Program-made: the position numbers and the translations under genes
The notes under the pieces: generated by a model
Seen by the model: only the letters and a program-made list of their open reading frames with translations
Databases searched by the model: none
What the model was told of the DNA's origin: nothing
Shown: one piece after another, positions 47,995-57,442 of the stretch
How positions within the stretch are numbered: position 1 is the first letter of the stretch
Layout of the letters: each line of letters opens with the position of its first letter
From: a virus
Lineage: Duplodnaviria > Caudoviricetes
IMG/VR virus record: IMGVR_UViG_3300012984_000010
Reading direction: 5' to 3' (one strand)
DNA length: 64,000 nucleotides

Positions 47995-48390
47995 TCAGGG
48001 AGCGAGAGGACGGCCCGTTGTCGACTTACCGTTATTGACGGCACTCGACTGATCGTCGGCGTAAGCACTCATGTACGGTTCATCAGCATCCGTCTGGAGC
48101 GGCGCCATAGGCTTGTTGAAGGTGTCCATGTAAGATTCGTCCGAATCCTTTTGAATCACCTTGGCACTCTTTAGGACCACCACCTGACGGCGAGCCATCG
48201 ATTCTGGACCGAAGAAGTGAGCCTCTGCCTCATCCGCCACCTTATCGAGGTGGTTGACAAGTTGCTTGGCATTGTCGAACGACAACCCCATAGAGGCGAA
48301 GTTCGCTTGAATGTCGGAAGCGATGCGATCGAAAGCAGAGAGAATCTCGCTTGCCTTTTTTGACTGTTCTGCAGAAAGTTTGTTAGCCAT
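47995..48390 (-). CDS. Hypothetical head-region protein with 2x DxDE(S/P)YM repeat
   Basis: IQKDSDESYMDTF / LQTDADEPYMSAY. Confidence 0.65.
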   Translation of the reverse strand: MANKLSAEQSKKASEILSAFDRIASDIQANFASMGLSFDNAKQLVNHLDKVADEAEAHFFGPESMARRQVVVLKSAKVIQKDSDESYMDTFNKPMAPLQTDADEPYMSAYADDQSSAVNNGKSTTGRPLAP

Positions 48391-48426
48391 TTGTGGGGTT
48401 CCTAAGTCCTTCTAGGTAAAAAGGGT

Positions 48427-51261
48427 TCAGCCCAGGTTCTTGAGAGCCTGGAGTAGTGGCCGGAAAGCGGCGCGAGCGGCGGCCGGAGTCTCAGAAGCAG
48501 TCTTGATCACAAGAGCCTTGAGTGAGGCGTACTTGGCAGCTTCCTTCTTCTCCTCTTTGTCGTCTTTCTTCTCTTCCTTGTCGTCGTCCTTCTTCAGCCA
48601 AGGGGGCAGCTCACCAGCAGTTTTCTGCTCCTGTTCCTTGTCTTGTTGCTCTTGCTCCGCCAAACGATCCGCGAAGTCGGTCATCTCAAACGCGGTCTTG
48701 GCATCAAACTTTGCAACCTTAGCTGCGAATTCACGAACGGTGCGTGATGATTTCATGGGGGTCACTTCTCCAATGGTGGCACTCAATGTGTTGTTAAAAG
48801 AAGAAGTGCTGTCCGAGGACCCGCTCTTCTCAGTTACGGTCAAAAGGGTTTGGGTCGTGCTGGGTTGCGGCTTGCCCGCCAACTTGGCCAAAAGATTGGC
48901 ATATTGGGTGGCATTCACTGCACCGTTGTAACGACTTGAGTAGATGGCCAGATCCAGAGCTGCTCTCAATTGAGCATCTGGGTCAACCCCCGGGTCGGCC
49001 ACATCCAACAAGCTGGACCCTAAGAATTGACGGGCCTCAGCCAAGATGGTTGTCCAATCAGACTCTCCCAAGTCTCTTTGGTGCGGCTGCATCCAACCTG
49101 GATAGTCTGGTGCCCCATAGGCGTACGGGTCGACACCATGATAGACACTCGTTTTGCTGGTAGATCCCATCACATGGGTTCTAGAATAAGTAAAAACACT
49201 AGCCTGTTTGACAGCTTCGTGACTGGCATCCTCATGTTGATTCTGGGAAAAAGCATCGTCCCAAATATCTGAGGCCTTATCGGGGCCCTCTTCTGGAGAA
49301 CCTGTGACTGGTTTTTCTGGCTCTGGTGGGGCTTCCTCAACGAATCCTCCTGGAGGTTTACCTTGAGGATTCTTCATGTAGGCCTGCAGGGCCTCTTCAT
49401 GCTTGGTCTTACGATTAGCCCAAGCACTGTATTGAGAAGACCAGCGCTTATGGAGTGCCTTGTACTCCTTGTGCTCCAATGGCCCTAATAGTTGCTGAAC
49501 TTTGGTAGCTTTCTCGGGGTCCAAAGTCCTCAATCTATTCATGAGGCGGGTTCGAAACAGCTTCTGGGAAGGATTGATCGAATGATCATCCCCATAAAGG
49601 GCGTTGCGTTTCTGAAAGTATTGCCCAGCCTTCTTCAGACCACTCAATATGCCCTCAGGAGTGTCTCGCTCCGAGATGTTGCCAGATGAGCTGTTGGTCA
49701 AAAATTGCTCTTTAGCAAGACGGTAATCGTTGGCTTGGAGGTAAGCTTTGGTCGCCTTAGCGGCCACCGGATTACCATCAACCTGCTTCAAAAGCTCCTT
49801 GACTGCCCTATCACTGATACGAGCCGTCTCTTCTCCGCTAGCTAGTGTGTCCTTGTAGATCTTCGCTGCTAGCTTGTCTCCAACCTTTGGAGAAGGGTTG
49901 GACAACAAGGTTTTGGCAATCTGACCAGCGATCTTCTCAGGTATCCTAGGTTTGCCTGTCAGTGAGCTCTTGTTGGCTAGTTTTTGAGTCAAGCTGTCGC
50001 GAGCAGCCAAGCTAAGAGCCACCATCCGCATCTGATGTGACCGCAAAGCTTCCGCTTTTTCTTCATCAGACAATGTATCGAATGGAACTCTCTCTCCTGA
50101 TTTTCGCCAATAAGTGGGTGGTTTTACCTTGGCAGGATCAATTTGATAGAAATGCCCTACCTTCTCAGCAAAATCGGTCGGCTTAGAGATCTTGACTCCC
50201 AGTTTGGCTGTGTTGTAGTCACGCACAAGAGTTTTGACGTCCTGTGGATGCATGCTGGCAAAGTTGGCCGCTTCCTCAGGCTCAAACGTATTGAGCAACA
50301 GACTCAACGCCTCTTGTTGGTCCGCCTCAGTAGGGGGTTTCCTTACAGGTTCGCCGATACCGTGTCGCTGACCTTCTGAGGGTGGTTTGAGCTTTTTCTT
50401 GGAAGGTTTTTCCTCTTGCGCCGGTTCCTTTGCAGGCTCTTCCTTCGTGGGTTCCGCCTTGGGTGCGGACTCGCCTTCAGAAGGGGTGGGCTGTTGTGCC
50501 GGATCTCCCTTTGGGACTTCGGTCTTTGGTTCCTCTTGCTTCGGAGCAGGCTCAGCAGCTGGCTCGGCGGGGGCGGGGGGCTCAACTGGCTTTTTCTTAC
50601 CCTTTGTCTTGGGGGCAACAGACGGTTTAGTTTCCAGTGCCGCCTTCAGATCCCCAATCGTCTTGATGCTGTCCGGCAGATCGACCTTGGGGAAGAACTT
50701 CGATGCAGGTAGATCGGGGTTGCCCTCAACGATGCCATTTAGGGTCTCACCAGGGGTGATGAACCGTTTGAAGATGTCCTTGAGACGGGCATCCCCCTTG
50801 GACATTTCGCGCAGCTGATCTCCAGCCTGCTGGTAGAACTGCTCCTTGTCGGTAGGCTTTGGTGTCGACTGTTCGGCAGGAGACGTCTCCTCCTTGGACT
50901 CAGGCACCACAGGATTGGGAGATCGCTCGGCCTCTTCCTCTGGCTTGACAGCCTCGTACTGACCAGGCTTCTCTTTTAGAGTGTCGGGCGAGATCTGTAC
51001 CGTCTCACCCGTTTCTTTGTTCTTGGCAGGGATACGCTCATTTCTGGCAAAACGGCGCACCACCCGTCCGACCGACCCACCAATATCCTTGAAGTTCCGA
51101 CTTTCGTCCGGATCCTTCTCTTGATCAGGGTCTGCCTCGGGCGTTACTCGTTCCCTCCTAAGATCTCTTCTAGGGGGTTTCTGTTTGGGCGCCGGTCGGA
51201 CGAGACGACTCGCCTCGTCGTCCTGACGTTCCTCTGGAGTCTTGGTTGACCAACGGTCCAT
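48427..51261 (-). CDS. Large putative internal head/core protein
   Basis: 944 aa between portal and protease; Pro/Glu/Lys linkers; GRVVRRF; several K-x-A sites. Confidence 0.7.
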   Translation of the reverse strand: MDRWSTKTPEERQDDEASRLVRPAPKQKPPRRDLRRERVTPEADPDQEKDPDESRNFKDIGGSVGRVVRRFARNERIPAKNKETGETVQISPDTLKEKPGQYEAVKPEEEAERSPNPVVPESKEETSPAEQSTPKPTDKEQFYQQAGDQLREMSKGDARLKDIFKRFITPGETLNGIVEGNPDLPASKFFPKVDLPDSIKTIGDLKAALETKPSVAPKTKGKKKPVEPPAPAEPAAEPAPKQEEPKTEVPKGDPAQQPTPSEGESAPKAEPTKEEPAKEPAQEEKPSKKKLKPPSEGQRHGIGEPVRKPPTEADQQEALSLLLNTFEPEEAANFASMHPQDVKTLVRDYNTAKLGVKISKPTDFAEKVGHFYQIDPAKVKPPTYWRKSGERVPFDTLSDEEKAEALRSHQMRMVALSLAARDSLTQKLANKSSLTGKPRIPEKIAGQIAKTLLSNPSPKVGDKLAAKIYKDTLASGEETARISDRAVKELLKQVDGNPVAAKATKAYLQANDYRLAKEQFLTNSSSGNISERDTPEGILSGLKKAGQYFQKRNALYGDDHSINPSQKLFRTRLMNRLRTLDPEKATKVQQLLGPLEHKEYKALHKRWSSQYSAWANRKTKHEEALQAYMKNPQGKPPGGFVEEAPPEPEKPVTGSPEEGPDKASDIWDDAFSQNQHEDASHEAVKQASVFTYSRTHVMGSTSKTSVYHGVDPYAYGAPDYPGWMQPHQRDLGESDWTTILAEARQFLGSSLLDVADPGVDPDAQLRAALDLAIYSSRYNGAVNATQYANLLAKLAGKPQPSTTQTLLTVTEKSGSSDSTSSFNNTLSATIGEVTPMKSSRTVREFAAKVAKFDAKTAFEMTDFADRLAEQEQQDKEQEQKTAGELPPWLKKDDDKEEKKDDKEEKKEAAKYASLKALVIKTASETPAAARAAFRPLLQALKNLG

Positions 51262-51299
51262 GCACCCTTACAAAATGCATAAAAGGACCGTTAGTTGAT

Positions 51300-53132
51300 T
51301 CAGTACCTTGAATCCTCTTGAGGAGGGGCTTCTTGCTTGATCTCTAGGCCTACGTATTTGGCCATCCGTTCCAAAACATCTGTCTTTTCGGCCAAGACTC
51401 GGCCTACTTCATTGTAGAGCGATCGAAGGACTTCGTTGAACAAGGCATCGTTGACCGTGAACAAATCCCGCTCAATCTTGGCTTTGGTATCGTTGGGGTC
51501 GATATTGAGCATTTCCAGAATCAAATCGATCGAAATCGAGCCCTTCTGGTACAGATTGTACAGGGCGTCGAAAGTGTCTTGGCTGTCTCGCAACGGCAAG
51601 CGAGTGAAGCTTAGACGCGGATGTAGCACCACTTCTTGCCCCCACTCGTCCTTCTCTATGAAGCCCATCCTACGTGCCACAGGAGCAAACAGTTGATCTT
51701 CAACGTATTCCTGGAGTATTTCTCTCAGATGTAGGTAACGCTGGTTGATCACCTCTAGTTTGAGACGATCCCCACTGTAGAGCGATTCACCACTCATCAA
51801 ACTCTCAGTGACGCCCAGACCAGTAAGGATACGACGTTCGGTCTGCTCATACTCGCTAGCAAGATCAAGGAGGCGATCCTTGGACCCCATCTCTTCCCAA
51901 TGGATCTCGTAATTGGTCACAATCGAGTAATCTGGGTCCTGCATCGAGTAGTCGACCTGCTCACGCAACAGATCGGCATCCACATCGCTCAACCCTTCAG
52001 CCCACACAACCCGCTTGGGAGTCATTGCCCTTGAGGCGATCGATGTCTGTGCTTGGCGGAGCTTGTCCCTGAAATAAAGCGTACTCAGACACCTGTTCAG
52101 TATCGATTGCCCAAGATTCGAATCAGCCGATTTGCTGCCTGTCAGGATGAACGCAAACGACCCTTCATCAGGATTGGTACCAAGCGGGATCGTTTTCCCC
52201 GTCATGGTGTATTCGCGTATTTCTTCAGGTATTTGGGACGCCAGACGCTCAGCAGCCGGATCCCCCAAAGCGGCCCGTTCTAGGATGGCCTTATCACGGT
52301 CAGAAGGGATCAGCTCAATGATCGAGTCGTCAGAATAGTCGAAAGGAGTGATAATCACTCGATCAATAGGCAGAACACGGATTCTGGACCAACCCTGATA
52401 ATGTTTCTGGTAGTACTTGTGTTCTTCCTGCTCACGATCTTCACGTTCAACCAAGACCGATTCGTCTTGTTCGATCGCCTCGCCTTCCTCTGTGAGGAAG
52501 GATTGCTTGACCACACGTCGCTCATACCCAACTTCTTCAGGTAGGTCTACCCGCCCATCCTCAGCAAAAACCACCGCCGCCCCATCTAACCAATAGTGGT
52601 GAACCATCGTGATCAGCCGACGGAACAGCTTGGTCTTTTTACACATACGCTCGAATCTATCGAGAATGTATTTGCCGTAATTGTCCGCACTACTGAAACC
52701 TGGGGGAGCTTCCCGAGGCTTGGGAGCCGCGAGACGTATTTTCGACAACGGTAGTTCGGTGTGGAGGTCAATCGCCTGCCCCACCAATTCATCGTTCTCG
52801 TAGAAGTGTCGGTAAATCTCACGACGTTCTCGGATGCTTTGAGGCAGTTCCAAGAAGTCGGTTGACAGTTGGGGACTGAAGAAGTTGCCGTGGGAACTTT
52901 GGATGGTTCCCGCCCCCATCCCGCCCCCATAACCGCCGCTAAAGCCAGTCCCGCCTGGCCCCATACCGCCAATGCTTGAGGCCATCTTGAGCTGTTGACG
53001 GGCCAGACGTTCCTTATAGGTCAGCTGATTGCTATAGGACCCAGCGATGTGAGGGGTTGCCTGGGGGCGAACAGAAGTTCGCACCAAATACTGCCCAGGA
53101 CTCGAATAGTTGGTGTAGCGATCATTCGCCAT
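51300..53132 (-). CDS. Portal protein
   Basis: 610 aa after TerL; FYENDELVGQAIDLHTELPLS, DPDYSIVTNYEIHWE, ILTGLGVTESL; SD GGAG. Confidence 0.85.
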   Translation of the reverse strand: MANDRYTNYSSPGQYLVRTSVRPQATPHIAGSYSNQLTYKERLARQQLKMASSIGGMGPGGTGFSGGYGGGMGAGTIQSSHGNFFSPQLSTDFLELPQSIRERREIYRHFYENDELVGQAIDLHTELPLSKIRLAAPKPREAPPGFSSADNYGKYILDRFERMCKKTKLFRRLITMVHHYWLDGAAVVFAEDGRVDLPEEVGYERRVVKQSFLTEEGEAIEQDESVLVEREDREQEEHKYYQKHYQGWSRIRVLPIDRVIITPFDYSDDSIIELIPSDRDKAILERAALGDPAAERLASQIPEEIREYTMTGKTIPLGTNPDEGSFAFILTGSKSADSNLGQSILNRCLSTLYFRDKLRQAQTSIASRAMTPKRVVWAEGLSDVDADLLREQVDYSMQDPDYSIVTNYEIHWEEMGSKDRLLDLASEYEQTERRILTGLGVTESLMSGESLYSGDRLKLEVINQRYLHLREILQEYVEDQLFAPVARRMGFIEKDEWGQEVVLHPRLSFTRLPLRDSQDTFDALYNLYQKGSISIDLILEMLNIDPNDTKAKIERDLFTVNDALFNEVLRSLYNEVGRVLAEKTDVLERMAKYVGLEIKQEAPPQEDSRY

Positions 53133-53604
53133 TTAGCATCTCTCCATACAGTTCTTCAAAAGCATTGTCGGAATGAGCGATCAACTTGGCTGTTTTTCGA
53201 GCCGCTTCTTTGACCTGTCGACTCTGATCCACCTGATCCGTCTGCGCAGCAGCCTCAATCTTCCTCAATTTCGCTCTTTCCTGTCTCTGTTGTTCAAGTC
53301 GATCAGTCTCTTCTTGTTCAGTTTTGGCACGAACAAGGAGGCGATCAGAGGTCTGGGCCATACGTTTCAGGCCTTGAGAGGTGGCGGCCGAGAACCTAAG
53401 ATTGGTCATTGCGAACATCTGATAGCTACGATCATTGACCATCCGATTTTTACGAGCGTGTTCTCGAAGTGCCTCAGAGGCCTCCAACAAGTTGGATAAC
53501 GTCTCATCGAGGTTCTGTCGTGCCTCTCTGATTCGAAGCAGCAGACTCTCAGTATCCATGTTTGAGGTCCGCGCAGCGGCGGCCTTTTTGGTCAATCTAG
53601 GCAT
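53122..53604 (-). CDS. Coiled-coil hypothetical protein
   Basis: 160 aa, overlaps the portal start. Confidence 0.6.
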   Translation of the reverse strand: MPRLTKKAAAARTSNMDTESLLLRIREARQNLDETLSNLLEASEALREHARKNRMVNDRSYQMFAMTNLRFSAATSQGLKRMAQTSDRLLVRAKTEQEETDRLEQQRQERAKLRKIEAAAQTDQVDQSRQVKEAARKTAKLIAHSDNAFEELYGEMLNGE

Positions 53605-53623
53605 CAGGAAATCATCCAGTGTA

Positions 53624-54145
53624 TCACAGTCCCGTCTGAACTCCCAACCAATAGTTGTTCAACGCTTTAGGAATCTGAGCTACAAAGCCAACGAAGAATG
53701 CTGGGGCTAGGGGGTTAGAGGGGATTTGTTGGGACAACTCATCCTCATTCGTAAACAATCCCCGTAAAGAGAAGTACAGAGGGTCGTTTGGCTTGTAGGT
53801 CAAAGGCACCAACGGTCCAGAAAGCCTTGAGGCGTAGGTGTAGCGCTCATAGGTAGAGGTACTGATCAGCGCTCCACCGAACATCATGACCGCATAACGG
53901 TAGGTTATTTGCTGATCCGTCATAGACGTATAGCGAGCCCCCACCTCTTCAGAACCCTCCAGCAAAAACCCGCCGTACAGGCCGCTCGAATAAGTTACCA
54001 CACGATCGTCCACACTCGCCCCAACCCATTGGACTCCCTGACCTCCAGCCCAACCCCCGGACAACATCGCATCGGAGATTGCAACAGTAGTGGTGTCACC
54101 CTTGAAGAAGACCACACAATCACGGAAACGTGCAATTTCGGTCAT
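53624..54145 (-). CDS. Paralog 3 of tandem triplet (probable virion beta protein)
   Basis: RFRDCVVFFKGD...GWAGGQGV...YERYTYASR..GPLVP..Y...FSLRG.FT.EDE. Confidence 0.75.
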   Translation of the reverse strand: MTEIARFRDCVVFFKGDTTTVAISDAMLSGGWAGGQGVQWVGASVDDRVVTYSSGLYGGFLLEGSEEVGARYTSMTDQQITYRYAVMMFGGALISTSTYERYTYASRLSGPLVPLTYKPNDPLYFSLRGLFTNEDELSQQIPSNPLAPAFFVGFVAQIPKALNNYWLGVQTGL

Positions 54146-54660
54146 ATAGATGTTTGCACTCCGAGGTAGGAATCATTCAGTGATTTGGGGGATTGTGTGA
54201 CGGATCCAATGTAATAACCATTTGGAGCTCTAGGGTCTCCTGAGAGGGTCCATTCATCTTCTGTGGTGAAATACCCTCGAAGTGAGAATCTGAGGCGTTG
54301 CCCTTCCACATACTGAATGGGCACCAAAGGGCCTGAAATTCTAGAGGCATAGGTGTACCGCTCATACGTAAGGGTGCTGATCAACCAGCCTCCAAGACAG
54401 AGGACCCCAAACCCATATTCAATCTGATTCTTGAAGAATGATACGTACTGATCTGAAGATTCGTTGGATCCCCAAAGGAAGAAGCCCCCATATAGACCGT
54501 CCGAGTAGGTCACTCTGAATTCATCGAGGGGTGAGTCTTGCCACATCACCGCTTGACCCCCGGCCCAACCACCTTGTTTCATTTGAGGAGAGATGGCGAC
54601 CGTGTAGGCGTCCCCCTTGAAAAACACCACGCAATCCCGAGTTCGGAAGATCTCAGTCAT
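54142..54660 (-). CDS. Paralog 2 of tandem triplet
   Basis: Same motif set; ATGA overlaps on both sides. Confidence 0.75.
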   Translation of the reverse strand: MTEIFRTRDCVVFFKGDAYTVAISPQMKQGGWAGGQAVMWQDSPLDEFRVTYSDGLYGGFFLWGSNESSDQYVSFFKNQIEYGFGVLCLGGWLISTLTYERYTYASRISGPLVPIQYVEGQRLRFSLRGYFTTEDEWTLSGDPRAPNGYYIGSVTQSPKSLNDSYLGVQTSI

Positions 54661-55181
54661 ATGCTCACCTGTATGGTCATGTACTGAGAAGTCACAGATG
54701 TAGGAGGTTGGATCACAAAAGCTATGAAATACTCGTTGGCTCCCCTAGGGTCTCCAGTCAGTGTCCACTCATCTTCTGTGGTGAAATACCCTCGAAGTGA
54801 GAACACAAGCCGGTCGCTAGATTGATACGTTATGGGGACCAACGGCCCTGCTTGCCTAGAAGCATAGGTGTACCTCTCAAAAGCAGTCGTCATGATGACC
54901 CAGCCACCTGCCCCAATGGTGGCGAATTGATAGGCAGGCTGATTCTTGGTGATGGCGGTAAATTGATCTGACGATTCATCAGATCCCCAAAGCAGGAATC
55001 CCGCATACAGGCCGTCCGAATAAGTGACGCGAAATTCATCTCTAGCGGCCGCTACCCATTGAACTCCCTGACCACCTTGCCAACCTTTGGCAGCCATCAA
55101 CTGATCTACAGTGACAGTGTAACAATCTCCTTTCACAAGGATCACACAATCACGTGTGCGGTATTGCTCAGGAGGCATCAT
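54657..55181 (-). CDS. Paralog 1 of tandem triplet
   Basis: Same motif set. Confidence 0.75.
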   Translation of the reverse strand: MMPPEQYRTRDCVILVKGDCYTVTVDQLMAAKGWQGGQGVQWVAAARDEFRVTYSDGLYAGFLLWGSDESSDQFTAITKNQPAYQFATIGAGGWVIMTTAFERYTYASRQAGPLVPITYQSSDRLVFSLRGYFTTEDEWTLTGDPRGANEYFIAFVIQPPTSVTSQYMTIQVSI

Positions 55182-55462
55182 TCATCCTTTGGTTCACGTT
55201 TTCTATCAGGGGATTGCCCCCACTTAGATATGATGCGTTCGAGAAACGTAAGCTGCTGGATGTCCCCTCTAAATAGCTTCTCCCAGCTACCGCCACCTTT
55301 TCGGAACACCAACCTCAGAAGCATGAAATCTTCTGGATTGATGATCAAGTCTGCCCCCAACAAATGGTCCGCAAATTGGCGAATCACCCGATTGGAGAAC
55401 ACAAGCTGTAGAGGACGGGGCTCTTCCAATTCACCCTCTCCTTCGGACAGAACGACGTCCAA
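55178..55462 (-). CDS. Small hypothetical protein
   Basis: 94 aa, TTG start, overlaps the TerL end. Confidence 0.5.
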   Translation of the reverse strand: MDVVLSEGEGELEEPRPLQLVFSNRVIRQFADHLLGADLIINPEDFMLLRLVFRKGGGSWEKLFRGDIQQLTFLERIISKWGQSPDRKREPKDE

Positions 55463-57434
55463 TCAAGCTACGATCGCCCATACCGTGTTTCATCATACGA
55501 GTCATCTGGTAGCTTTGAACGCTTGGGCTGGAAGCAACAATCGGGCGATAGACACTCCCATGAGTGGTGTGTTTTTGGTTCATCAAAACCTCTGAGCTCA
55601 ACCAGATGGAGCGTATCAAAGCATCGCTCATATCGTCATGAGCGCCGGCTTTTTTGGGTGCTTGAACCGATACGATGTTCTTGCTGATTTGTTCAGCTTG
55701 GAGGGTCAACAGCTCGGCAATCAAGGGGGAGTGTTTGCTCCCGTCCCTGACTCGTTCTGGGATAGGCCAGTCGTACAGTTCGAGATTCTCATCGAACATG
55801 AACATTTTGGCCACCTGATACATCTTGCTGGTCTGATCTCTGGTGTAGAATTCAGAGGTGAACTGCTTCAAGCCATGCTTGTGTAGATTCTGTTCTAGAG
55901 GGATGCCGTTCCAACGGTCAAAAATTCCTGCAGTGATGTGGAATTTCCTGCACAAGGCCCGAATCCATTCCCCAATGGCGTCAAAATCGATACGTTCAAC
56001 GTTACTCAACTGCTTGGCGTAGTCGGTAGCCTGACTGAGGTCTAGGTGTGGATTGACGTCACGCCAATTCTGACCTGCGTACCATATTTCGTGGTAATCA
56101 AGGACGATCTTGGTCCCTTCCACATGAGTGATCGCAATAGCGGTCCCGTCATTCACAAGTCCAACGTCGATTCCCATCTGATGGGGGGATCGAGGCACAC
56201 CCATCACCTTTGGGCGAAGCTCTGGCTTGACGCAAGCCATCAAATCCGTTTCACGTTCCACCCAACCACGAACCTGGTCACTGAACTGAGCTCCGTGTTC
56301 GGTCACGAACGTCACAGGATCGGCGTGGTACTTTTCCTTGTAGTAGCTGCTAGGAACGGTCGGGTTGATTTCCCAGGTGGGGGCTTGGATGGCAAGGATG
56401 TTTTCCGAACCAGGTCCGCCCCGCATCGCCAGATCGAACTTGTTGTAAAACAAGCCAGAACGGCCCAAAGGCGAGGAAATGAGGATGATACGGCTCTCTA
56501 CCGGCGCTTCCTTGCCCGTTACAGGGTCGATGAGAGGACGGCGAGATACAGGATCTTTCTTCGAGTAGGCGGCCGATGACGGCACAACAGCGCCGTACAC
56601 ATCCTCAGCCGACATACCACCCTTCTCAAGAAAGTGCGCCACCTCGTCCAGGATGATGACGACGTTACCCGCACCACGGAGCCCCTTGCCGTTCGCACCC
56701 TTGAATGTGACACGGATGGTGGCTTTACCGTTCAGCGATTGGTACTTACCGTCCCCATTCCGCACATCTGTACCGAATTTCTCGATGTCGTAGGGGGTAC
56801 GGAAGTTGAGAAAGGTCTGGGTGTTAGAAGCTGTATGAGGTTTGAAGTACTCACATTTGACAATGTGTGAGGCCACTTCGTTGAACAACAGACCTGCCTG
56901 ATCCTTGTCGGTCGCCACCGAGATGATCTGGATACGGTTTCCGTTCGGTAGACCGTAGTACTCCTGAGGGTTGTAGAGATTGAGGAGGCGGTACACCTCG
57001 TAAGAGGCGAAAATGCCAGATAAAGTCGTTTTGCCGCCACGGCGTCCGATCGACAGTACCAGTTCCCGTCGATCGTGATCCTGCACACCAATATTGCAAC
57101 GCCCCTCATTGTGGAGGAAGGACAGGTAATCCCGTTCCGACAGCTCGTACAAGACCTTGGTCTTGAGCATATCGGTAACCTGGATTCGCCGATTCGGATC
57201 CTCAGGAATATGGGTGTCTAGCTCAAGATTGTAGTAGAGCTTGACAAGGAACCGCTGTGCTGGATACAGCGTCATGTTCAGCCCCCAGGGCTGTTCGATG
57301 TATTCCAATATGCTGAAAATCTTGGGACCCGAAGCTGCACCTGAATTGGTGACAGCCGCTTGAGCCGCTTTGACTTTCTGATTGGAGCTTCGGACTAGAC
57401 TAGATAGTCCGTCCCGTTTCTTCTCTGCAGGCAC
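55431..57434 (-). CDS. terL: Terminase large subunit
   Basis: Walker A SIGRRGGKTT, Walker B VIILDEVAHF, coupling motif ISSPLGRSG, RNase-H-like MGIDVG and HDDMSDAL. Confidence 0.93.
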   Translation of the reverse strand: MPAEKKRDGLSSLVRSSNQKVKAAQAAVTNSGAASGPKIFSILEYIEQPWGLNMTLYPAQRFLVKLYYNLELDTHIPEDPNRRIQVTDMLKTKVLYELSERDYLSFLHNEGRCNIGVQDHDRRELVLSIGRRGGKTTLSGIFASYEVYRLLNLYNPQEYYGLPNGNRIQIISVATDKDQAGLLFNEVASHIVKCEYFKPHTASNTQTFLNFRTPYDIEKFGTDVRNGDGKYQSLNGKATIRVTFKGANGKGLRGAGNVVIILDEVAHFLEKGGMSAEDVYGAVVPSSAAYSKKDPVSRRPLIDPVTGKEAPVESRIILISSPLGRSGLFYNKFDLAMRGGPGSENILAIQAPTWEINPTVPSSYYKEKYHADPVTFVTEHGAQFSDQVRGWVERETDLMACVKPELRPKVMGVPRSPHQMGIDVGLVNDGTAIAITHVEGTKIVLDYHEIWYAGQNWRDVNPHLDLSQATDYAKQLSNVERIDFDAIGEWIRALCRKFHITAGIFDRWNGIPLEQNLHKHGLKQFTSEFYTRDQTSKMYQVAKMFMFDENLELYDWPIPERVRDGSKHSPLIAELLTLQAEQISKNIVSVQAPKKAGAHDDMSDALIRSIWLSSEVLMNQKHTTHGSVYRPIVASSPSVQSYQMTRMMKHGMGDRSLIGRRSVRRRG

Positions 57435-57442
57435 TCGCTACC

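Noticed and set aside
7923-51261. Shared N-terminus MERWA (helicase) and MDRWS (944-aa protein)
   Set aside because: Only 4-5 residues in two proteins; insufficient support.
54254-54803. 35-bp repeat as a DGR TR/VR pair
   Set aside because: Identical copies with no adenine-specific mismatches, both inside paralogous CDSs; no reverse transcriptase in the window.
55431-57434. Intein or intron in TerL, MCP or helicase
   Set aside because: Motifs are spaced normally and I found no intein C-terminal HN-C/S/T block or LAGLIDADG within them.
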